From: Ruditapes philippinarum
Taxonomy: Eukaryota
Direction: 5' to 3'
NCBI RefSeq assembly: GCF_026571515.1
Contig: NW_026861942.1
Span: forward strand, 124,001 to 188,000
DNA length: 64,000 bases
The position numbers were made by a program, and so were the translations under genes. Positions within the stretch are counted from its first letter, which is position 1. Every line of letters begins with the position of its first letter. A model generated the notes under the pieces. The model worked only from the letters and a program-made list of their open reading frames with translations. It did not search any database and was not told the origin of the DNA. Shown here in pieces: positions 54,001 through 64,000 of this stretch.

Positions 54001-54465
54001 AATATGATAAACAAGATCAACAAGGAAAGGCGGCGTTCATTACGCAACCCCCATATGACCAAGTAACAAGAACCAATGGCAAGGAGCCCAGGCGGACCCC
54101 AAACAAAAACAGGACAGGGCTAAGACAGAAAACGGACAGGTTAATGATAAATAATTTGTAACTGATTAGGAATTCAAGGAAAATAATAATATGCCCACAA
54201 AGGGGGAGGGGACAGGAGACCGGGGGAAAGTGGGAAGGGTTAATCAAAGAAATAAAAACTAGAGGTAATGGGAAAGATACTTACCGTAGACGAGAAAAAA
54301 ACAAGGGACACAAGCAAAAGTGTCACCAAACAGTATGAAACAACATAGACATACATCTGAGGAACACAGTGGGCCGCCGCCTTGGAACGGTCAGCATCAT
54401 AATAATGTCTGCTGGGGAGTTTAAACCGGTTAATGGTGCACCAAACCTCGCTCTTGGCCCCAGTC
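54001..54465 (-). mobile_element. Interspersed retroelement fragment (non-LTR or Penelope-like; class uncertain)
   Basis: Insertion absent from paralogs at 27360 and 48480, flanked by CTTA on both sides. Shorter copies sharing the same end lie at 16606-16652, 60785-60930 and 61852-61885. Confidence 0.6.
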
Positions 54466-55375
54466 TTACGAAATATCTGAGAAACCTTATATATTTGCAT
54501 CTGTTTGTCTGTTCACCTCATACGTCTATCTAACTGGTTTGGACCTAGATAGAAATCCTTATCTATAATAATAATTTCTTTCTTAATAAAACTAATTTCC
54601 ATGGGATTTTTATCTGATACCATCAGTTAGACCTTATCTGTAAAATGTTGTTTATACAGATGTTTTTACCAGTCTGTTCCCCGGTATTTCATACATTCAC
54701 TGTTTGGGACATAAAATGTATATAATAGGTATATTATAGTTTACTTGGAATAGTTTTGGCTGTTTTGAGTATCCACAAGTCTCAACTAAAGCGTATCTAA
54801 TACTAGTAGCTAGAATTAGTTATTTCTTTACATTAATTGACTGTTTATTGTTAATTATCATTATTACATGTAAATCCGATGTTGACATTAAAAATGTATG
54901 ATTAAATTAATGTTTCGTACTTTTAGCTCTTATTTGTTTCTTGTTATTAACTATATTTGGGAGACACAACTTGTTTTTATTTTCTTATCATAGAAACAAA
55001 TAATGATTTGTATTTAAAAAAAGGTTGACTTAATTTAATAACACTGTCACAAAAACACTGTATGCAGTTATGAAAATATATTTATTAGCGAACAATGTAT
55101 TTGTTCAAAATTCGGAAAGTTTTACGATGAAAATGTTTTTATGTAAACCCAAGCAAAAATGAACCAATCAATGAGCATATCCTGGAGTGCGGGTAACTAA
55201 TACCTGCACTCCAGTTAACGCACTATGCATATACATGTATATGTATACGATTTAACTCTGACACTTTTTCAACAGAAAGGTCCCCTAACTATAATACAAG
55301 TGCTTTTAGTACTCATCATGGTTGGTCGTAGAGAAAGAGTTAAATTAATTACAGCACACATGATATTTTCTTTAA

Positions 55376-56156
55376 GGTAGACCATGTGTAATGGGTTCCA
55401 TAAGGCACTGTAAAATTGACAACATACCTGTTCAAGGTCACCTGTATGCAAAATTTAAATAAAATTTACCGTGCGGTTTATGAGTTATGGATATATTTCT
55501 GAACTAAGACTTTGCCATTAGGATTTATTTTCAGAAATGAGGGAACTCGTAATAATTGTAATATCATCATTATAAAAAAATGTTCCTATTGCTCATTATT
55601 AAAAAACAAATAATAACATTCAGGTAACAAAATACACAAACAAAATGTTTGTTTCTAGACAAAATGTTCTTAATATGTATAAAAATGTTACCCTACCCCA
55701 CCCACTTTAAACACTAATTTTACCATTTCCCTATCTAAAATGCTTTATTCAAATTATCCCTAAAATTTACCACAATGAGGGGCTGTTTTCAAAGTTTGCC
55801 TAAATTTTCTTCTATGTATATGGATGGTGGATAGGTTGATCCTGCAAAATATAAAATACTTTTACCGTGTAGTTTTTATTTTATTAAACTTTGAACATAT
55901 CTGGTATCATATTTGCTATAGATTTTGGCATTATTTAGCAAATAAATACCTACAATAATTATATAATTTAAATCAAACCATTTTTTTCAATAAGGGGTCA
56001 GAGTTATACATAAATAATGTTTAAAAAAAGAAAGAAAAAAAGTTGCCCCTTCTGGGGTTTGAACCTATGCCCTTCAATTTCAATGTAGTTGGTAAGTGAT
56101 TCTAGCCTATTTGAATATTCTTCAGAGTGGAGGTAATGCATCAACCATGGTCTACC
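55376..56156. mobile_element. Second Kolobok-like non-autonomous element, TTAA TSD
   Basis: TTAA-GGTAGACCATG ... CATGGTCTACC-TTAA. Empty sites TTTTCTTTAATAAAAT at ~28355 and ~49293. Confidence 0.88.
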
Positions 56157-57239
56157 TTAATAAAATAAATTATTTGTTAGATGAACATCCTTTTGGCTTT
56201 CAAAGTTTGCCTCCTTGTAGGTTTCTCGTCCGTGTTTATTTTGTCAGTTGTAAGTTAATTGTTCATTCAATTTTAAGTAAAAATTTCATTATGTCTATCT
56301 AAAGGTCAGTGTTTTTATTTCGCCGATCTTAAATAAAGTTTTCATTCTGTCAATTGTTAGTGAAATGTTTATTTTATTTATCTTAAGTTAAGTGTTCCTT
56401 TTTCCAATCTTACTTTAAGTGTTCATTATGTCAATTAAAATGAAGGTTTACTTCTGCCAAACTTTAGTTAAGTGTTCATTTTGCCAATCTTCATTTTAAT
56501 ACTATCACTTATAAGTAAATTCCTTATTTTGACGATTTTACGTGAAATGTTTAATCTGTTATCTTAAATTTGAGATCACAACACTAATATTATTCAGGAT
56601 AGCTTTGACCTTGATAATATTTTACGCGTGCTTCCAACATCTTTTTGGGTTTAACATAAATAAAAATTAAAACACAAAATGTTAAAAGGTACAATATTAT
56701 AACACAAGCAAAGATATAGCCTGAATTTAACAAAAATAAAACATAGCTATATAATTCAGATGTATATCTCCCAACTTCTTTTAATGCAATACAAAAAAAA
56801 TGAAAATGAAATTTACATTTTAATTGGTATTCTTGAGCATTCATCACTACACCCTTGTGTCTAGAAACGTGTATAACATTTTGCGTAATTTCCTCAAACA
56901 ATTTCTCCCTGTAAAAGTTCGTTGAGTTTTTTTTGTTTGTTAGTTTTTTATACCGTGGAGAATAAAATATTATATTCGCATAATGATATGAACGAAAAAG
57001 GAGTGACATTTCCAAATTCCTATTTAAGTACAAGCATGATAATAAATAAGAATGCACTAGTCAGTTTATATTTCTGTATTTCCCTTCGACTGTTTACTTT
57101 TGCTTTTTGTGCTTTATGGTGACTGTCATTAGGAGAAAATAACTCATGCAATATATTTCGTTGTTGTTTCAATTGTCCGAGAAGATGATATCATATCATC
57201 ATTTACCTTGACACATTTGTATATGTATAATTATTTTAT

Positions 57240-57465
57240 TCATTGGGCTTTACGTCTCACCAACAATGTCAAGTTCATATGCAGACATTAAAGGTTTACA
57301 GAACATCAGGTAGCCCTCCGTGCATTATTTCAGGCACGAATGTGCACCTGAGTAGAATCACCGGTTTCGTTTGCTAGCTGGATAGTTTCCTTACATAAAA
57401 CAATCCAAAGCAATGAGGGACAAGTGGTTTGAAGTCAAAGATCTTAATCACTAGGCCACAAAAGT
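57240..57465 (-). mobile_element. RUDI-like SINE (paralog of 29420-29885, without the MITE)
   Basis: CCCTCCGTGCATTATTTCAGGCACGAA...GCTGGATAGTTTCCTTACAT...GAAGTCAAAGATCTTAATCACTAGGCCAC. Confidence 0.7.
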
Positions 57466-59116
57466 CATTCACATAGTCATTGGTAGACCTTCGACATATA
57501 CAGATAATGCATCACACCACAGGCCATTTCTATAAAATTATACCCTTTTCTTGTTTAAAATACATCAACGCCTAAGATATAATCAATCTATGAAGATAAA
57601 AGTATAAAATTGTTCGATCGATTAATTCTATAATATTTATCAAGATTGATGTAAAATAAAGATTTTGTGCCAAGGACTCTGACAAAATATAAGCGAGATG
57701 GAAATAATTTTGTAATTTAATCTTTTTGAAATCAAATCATGTCTAAAGTGAATAAAAATATTCCAAATAATCCTGAACGTATATATCAATTAGCCATGTG
57801 TCTGTCCCAACAGTGAGCATTTTCACTACTTTCACTAAGGGTCAAGATTTGTTTGAGCAAACAAGTTTGCGCTGGAAATAAATGAATGTGTTGCCAAAGC
57901 CAAATGACATAATAAAAGTCAAAAAATTGTGTTATATTAATAAATGATAAAGATCTAGTATGTTATAAATATCGGCAAACTTCTATTTTAAGACATAGAT
58001 AAATAGAGTGGACAAAGTCATAAAATCGTATTGGTGCAATGCCGTAAACACAATGTTACTAAATTGTTTGTGGCTTTATTGCAATTTTCCTTCCATCTTC
58101 AGTAAAATCTATAGAATAATTTCCTTTTTACGGTAAATATATCACCATATTCTGTCTGAATATCATCTCGAGGATATTATATTCCCTTTAGTGGCTTATT
58201 CGCCTTCACTTTAAAGCAATTAATTACAAAAATGAGTACAATTTGAAATCCAAATCATATGTGAAATAAAAATACAAGAGTTCCTTGCTAAAGCAATTCA
58301 AATAATATTCTGTAAAGCATCTGATATACTTACCAATGTTAGTTCCTAGTATGATTCATTTAGAAAATTGTATTTAGGAAGAATGCATACATATTCCAAT
58401 ATATGAATAGGTAAAATTTATTGTTCTATCGTAACATTTGCTGTTTTATCATCACGTATTATAAACGGAAAAATTACCAAGTCCACACATGTTCTTATAA
58501 ATATTTTTTCCAAGAGATTTCTTATATTTTTCTAAGATATTCAGATCAAAACTAATGAATATGAATAGAGCAAAGATTTTGGTCATATAAGTTTTGTTGT
58601 CGAAAAAATTAAGTTTGCTTTATTATAACCTACTTTTAACTTCCACACCCAGATCAACAAGTTTTTAAATTCAACAGAATGAAGATGAACAATTTCAGTT
58701 CAAGCTTTAAAATTACACAATAGTAAGTTCTAGATTGAATAGTTGGACTGAAGTTTTAAAACAAAGCGTACGAATGTACGACAACTAAATGACTCCATCA
58801 ATATTCAATTCATAATAGCAATTACAGTCCTCCCTATGGCGAGTGAATTAAAATCGAGAAAATAGGAAAATAAAGCATTCGAAATTAAGCAAAAGGATAT
58901 CCGTTTGTAGAGAAAGTTAAGTTATAATAACAGGACTGAATTTTGTTGGCGCATGAAGCATAATATAAAGTACGCGTTTGTCATCAGATTTTAAGTGTAT
59001 GAATTCTGTCTTATATGGATCTTGTTTTCTGTTTTTATATAAGAAAACAGGATTAAATAATATAATGTCGTCGGTTAAAAAAGTTAAAGCAAAGTCAAAG
59101 CGATATTAATGTATTG

Positions 59117-59260
59117 ATAGATCCCTACTCTGACCTTTCATTTGAATAACAATAGATTTAACCACAAACATTGACATCTTTTGTTAAGAAATATGTGGTG
59201 GTGAAATTCTTGTTGCATCCACTTATCTGATAATTAGAATTGGACAGGTCAGGGATCTAT
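59117..59260. mobile_element. 144-bp MITE
   Basis: TIRs ATAGATCCCT...AGGGATCTAT with flanks GTATTG / GCATTG. The paralog at ~31405 has a single GTATTG and no insert. Confidence 0.7.
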
Positions 59261-60109
59261 GCATTGTATTATTTGATATAAAATACACATGCTACTTTCC
59301 TCGTTAACATCTATCTGATCAAATGATTTTAATACAAACAAAATACATATATAAGTGGAATAATATGGCAGATAATTGTTGTTTAGCCTGCACATTATAC
59401 CAGTGTGAAAATCCACTTCAAAATATGTTTCCGTTTTGTTTTAAAATATTTGATTGATACGTGAGTGGTTTATCAACTTTTAAGTGCCTCCCAACAAACC
59501 CAACTCCTAGACAGGAATTATCATCAACACGTTTAAAACACATACATATCATAGATGGTAAGCGTGCAGGTCTTAAATGTTTTTTTTTAGATAAAAGCGT
59601 TTGTATGCTTTTAAATACGAAATTGTGTTATAGATATGAAATACGGTTAATTTTTGTTGGGCTTTGTTTTCGTCACATCATCACAAAAAGGTGTCATGGC
59701 GACCTCTCAGCTAGACTAGTAGAATATGCGTTATATGCATTAGTTCAGGCACGAGCAGGTACCTGCGTAGAACCACTGATGTTCCTTCAGCTTGTTGGAT
59801 AGCTGCTTAACACGACAAAAGGTCCGTCTAAAGAAAAAACATGAACACTTAGAAACACTTTGATCTATATTATCACGAAAAAATAATCATTTAGATTTAA
59901 TACAGTCATATGAAGAATATATATTTTTAAACAAAGGATATAAAATTGTGGTACACTTAATTTTATTCTTTTAATATGTTTGCACATATATTTGTCAGTA
60001 TGTAGCAACATCTCAACATGGTTTATATATCCAGATATTGATTTTTTTAAACACGATCATGCGTTCAGTCAACTTGGATTTGTTTTGAAGATAAACGACT
60101 TTATAATTT

Positions 60110-63100
60110 AATACAAGTAAGTATGGAGGGCGTGCGTTGCCAAAATTCCAGACATGTAAAGTGTTCCTTTTTAAAATGACTTTTGAAAATGCGAAATTGT
60201 ATGCCTACCACTTTTATTGTATGCCTCTTAATTCAATCTTTTAATTGAAGGTTACCGCCTTTATATAACAAGTTTACATATATATCGAAACAACTGATCT
60301 AACATCTAAAACGACAACAAATTTACAAATTCGAATCTTCCATTGCATGCAATACATACGCATGTTTGCACACTTATAGATCTGTAATATACAAATGAAA
60401 TGTAAAACTCGAATACGGAAAATAGAGTTTAAGAAAACGTGTTACCAGTTGTAGAACTACAAGAGTACGTTAACACAGTGACATGTTGAAAATGACAAAA
60501 GTAGATTCACAAAGTTAAACGATTTTAAGTCAAGCATAACGCCCCGCCCCTCTCGGAGTATTTACGACCTTCTATTGCGGACAGGTATAAAAATGGCGCC
60601 TCTCCCATATTTTTAAATAAAACTGAAGGACAACATACGGCATTTTTCATAACATATATATGTTACATTTGTTACAAAAGTTTTGTCACTAGCAACATCA
60701 CTTGAAAATTGCTGATTTTACCATTTATGATGAAGATAACTTGTGCATTACCTTATTATTAAAATTATTTATCATTTTAGTGATTAGCCTGTCCGTGCTA
60801 TGCCTAGTGCCCTGTCCTGTTTTTGTTTGGGGTCCGCCTGGGCTTCTTGCCACTTGTTCTTGTTGCTGGGTCATGTAGGGTTGCGTTCATTGAGCGCCGC
60901 CTTTCCTTGTTGATCTTATTTATCATATATTCCTGAGAAACATCGGCGATTTGGAAAATTTTTAGGGGAAACAATGACCAACTTCAAGGGAGTAATTTTA
61001 TTGATAATGTAAAAACCATCCAATATTCTTATTGGTATCATTGAAAAATGTATTGCACAAATTTCACTTTCAACAAAAACTATGCAAGTATTTGCAAAAA
61101 AATAGGATTTTAAAGCGGCCACCGAGATTTCCTTTCCGAAATCAAGAAAATACTTATCCGTAGCACATATGTACAATCTTTAATAAGGTATTTTCAGTAT
61201 GAAATAAAACTTTTTGCACTTGTTCCTAATCCCCCTCATGTACAGACTCAATCAAAACCGAGTCTGCAATTCTTATGTAATTTTGAAGTGATTAATGCTT
61301 CCGAGGGATCATTTTGTTTTCAGATTTTAATACTTCACAACAGCAGGTGCCAAGTGCCGTGTGGCAGTTGTTTAAAAAGTTGCCCCGTACTTCACTTCAG
61401 TGTTTTTCTGGTCCTTCGGGTTCATTGATGCCAGCGCTATTAAGTGTTGAGAATTGAGTACCGTTCAAGTCGGTGCTAGGGGGCGTGAGGGATGTTGCAC
61501 TTGTTCATTATCCCTCATGTGCAGACTCAATCAAACCGAATCTGCAATTCTTATGTAATTTTGTTGTGATTAATGCTTCCGAGGGATCACTTTGTTTCCA
61601 GATTTTTAATATGTGCTTATGGTTTTAAATTTCATTCAATATTCAATTTCCTTTTTGAATAAAGTATCTAAAGGAAGCGACGTTATTGTTTTCCGAATAT
61701 ATGAGTGTGGATTTAAGAGAGAAAAAAAAAATAACAACGATAAGTTAGAAACAATTTTTTTTTAATACTTTTACATGATATATAATTTTCATTTTTAAGG
61801 CATCACTAGAAAGTTCATAAAGGATTCTTTTACTTGAGTCTAAAATTATCAACGCCGCCTTTCCTTGATGATCTTGTTTATTATCAAAATTGACCAAGAA
61901 ATAAAAAAGTAAGTGGGGGCGCCATGTTTTTCTTACTGAATTTCAGAGTGTGTTTTTTTTTTACATGGGGATCATTTGCCGTTTTTCATGGTATGGCACT
62001 TACGTGTCACATTGAAGGTTCCATGATAATAGCCATATTAACACATCTGCAGATGTTTCAAAATTGTACCAGTTCATGTTGAATTTTGCTTAAGCCGGTG
62101 CTAGGGGCGCGGACGATAACTTGCTCTTTCCATTACCGTCAATGAGCAGGCTCAATCAAACCCGGCCTGCAACATTCTCATTTTTGTCGTTTTGAGCGTT
62201 CTTTAGGGATTCTTATTTTCTCTATTTTACAGAAAGTAACATGATAAACTTTTAACGAAAGTTAATTCAGTTTGATTTAATTTTTTTTTATTTTTAGGCA
62301 TTATATAATTATTATATCATAAATCGTATGAAGCACACTTTTATTTCAATCCAAAATTATCAAAATATATTACCAACTTAAAAAAAAGTTTGGAGGGAAC
62401 GCCGTGTTTTTCTTACCAATTCGAGAGTGTTATTTTCAGAGTAAAAAAACCTAAACATTCCATACATCTATTTAATTCATTTTTATTTTCGAGGCACTCA
62501 TAGAAAGCTTATGGAGTAATCTTTCATTTGATACCAATAATATTGGACTTTTTATAGAAATAAAAAAAAGTTAGAATGGACGCCGTGTTTTTCTTCACTT
62601 TATTGAGAAATAGGAGAGAGGCGACGGGTATTATACCTGTCCGTACATTTCCGTGATAGAGATCGCAAATACTCAGAGAGAGGCGGGGCGTCATGCGTGA
62701 CTTAGAATCGTCTAACTTTGTGAATCTACTTTTGTCATTTTAAACATGTAACTGTGTAAACGTACTGTTGTAGTTCTACGACTGGAACACGTTTTATTAA
62801 ATTATATTTTCTGCATTCGAGTTTTACATTTCATTTGTGTTTTTCAGGTACATATATATATATCTACAAGTGTGTAAACATGCTTATGTATTATATGCAA
62901 TGGTAGATACGAACTTGTAAATGTGTTGTTGTTCTCCATGTTAGGTCAGTTGTTAAGATTTACATGTAAACTTGTTATTTAAAAGCGGGTGCCTTCAATT
63001 AAAAGATTGGATTAAGAGGCATATCCTTTGCTGTGCACGAATGCAATAAATATGCTAGACATACATGTTCGCATTTTCAAAAGTAGTTTTCAAAAGGAAC

Positions 63101-63150
63101 ACATTACATGTCTGGAATTTTGGCAACGATCGCCCTCCATAAGTAAGTAC
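60110..63150. repeat. Large diverged inverted repeat: arms ~60110-60645 and ~62578-63150
   Basis: GGAGGGCGTGCGTTGCCAAAATTCCAGACATGTAA (60125) vs TTACATGTCTGGAATTTTGGCAACGATCGCCCTCC (63104); AAAGTAGATTCACAAAGTTA (60498) vs TAACTTTGTGAATCTACTTT (62713). Confidence 0.8.
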
Positions 63151-64000
63151 AACATAAATCATTTAAACAAAAAAATGGAACTCTCTTTCACCAGTACCTT
63201 TTTAATTATATATGCATTCAGCATTTTAACGTTTAAAAATTGAATAAACAAATTTTGTTAAAAAGATCATCCTGGTCGGGCATTTCATTTTTAAAAAAGG
63301 GTTTCCCCCTTATATTTGGAAAAAATAAAAAGACATAATTTTTTTCCCTTTTTAAAACAAGTAATGAATGAAAAAAAGGGTTTAACAGTGTCCATTTATA
63401 TTCATAATCATTTTTTCTCTCGACTGCTTCTTACTTTCATAAAAATTCTATCATGTCATTTTGTTGATTTTGATACGCTTATAAATCGTGTCATGAAATG
63501 TAATTTTACATAAATTTTTTCAAAAATAATTCTACTAATTTTTACCATGTTCATCAATTCTTACTTCACAGGCGATATTATAATTTTATTGCATTTTAAG
63601 TTTTATCATACACATGAATTTAATCTTCAAACGACTGTAAAAAGGACACGTCCTTCTTCTGCAGAATATTTTCAATACTTCTGGTAAGAATATGTCAACA
63701 GAACAGTTTATTTCCACCCGATGTTTTAAATGAACCTCCTCTTTTGGCTTGTTATTGTAGTTGTTCCAGTTTTTGTTTTTTGTTTTTCGTTTCTTCTTTT
63801 TGAAAAAATGTAGACATAAGCTTCTCTGACTGCAAGCTTTTGAGCTTTAGTGGTATTGTAAAAGTTAAAGTTTATCATTTAATTCACTAAAAGTTCAATA
63901 TTTTTCACTGTAAACGAATTTTTCACAATTAAAATTAAGCACACTATAATGCTTTTTGGATTATTAAAAATATAAGGAATGACAAAATATTAAAAATTCC

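Larger units (their letters stand above)
39990..63670 (+). repeat. Segmental duplication 2, copy B, including internal tandem duplication (~44665-49650 and 49651-56685)
   Basis: Colinear with 19680-32880. At 49651 the sequence restarts at ATCACAAAGAAAAGCCTTAGAC (compare 44669 and 21851). Confidence 0.88.

Noticed and set aside
56590-57057. Longest ORF in the window (155 aa)
   Set aside because: AT-rich composition, no recognisable domain, and the frame is not preserved in the paralog at ~28.7-29.25 kb.

Overview
AT-rich eukaryotic (invertebrate) genomic DNA, most likely from a bivalve mollusc. This is inferred from a RUDI-like SINE and other bivalve-type repeats recognised from memory. Nearly all entries in the ORF track are spurious. 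One convincing spliced gene is not visible as a single ORF: a TATA-driven gene with 4 coding exons at about 35.7-37.5 kb (+), encoding a 100-aa secreted protein with 10 cysteines in the mature part. The rest is a mosaic of local segmental duplications: 0.5-9.7 kb vs 12.2-18.5 kb, and 19.7-32.9 kb vs 40-63.7 kb, the latter with an internal tandem re-duplication and an inversion. Many non-autonomous elements have inserted into these copies. They include a young non-coding LTR element (perfect tRNA-Pro PBS, unusual intron-like LTR), two TTAA-flanked Kolobok-like elements, Sola2-like and Tc1/mariner-like MITEs, a long-TIR foldback element, a Helentron-like element, Crypton-like hairpin elements and SINEs. 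The paralogous copies supply empty sites that fix the ends and TSDs of most insertions. Duplication boundaries and identities were estimated by eye.
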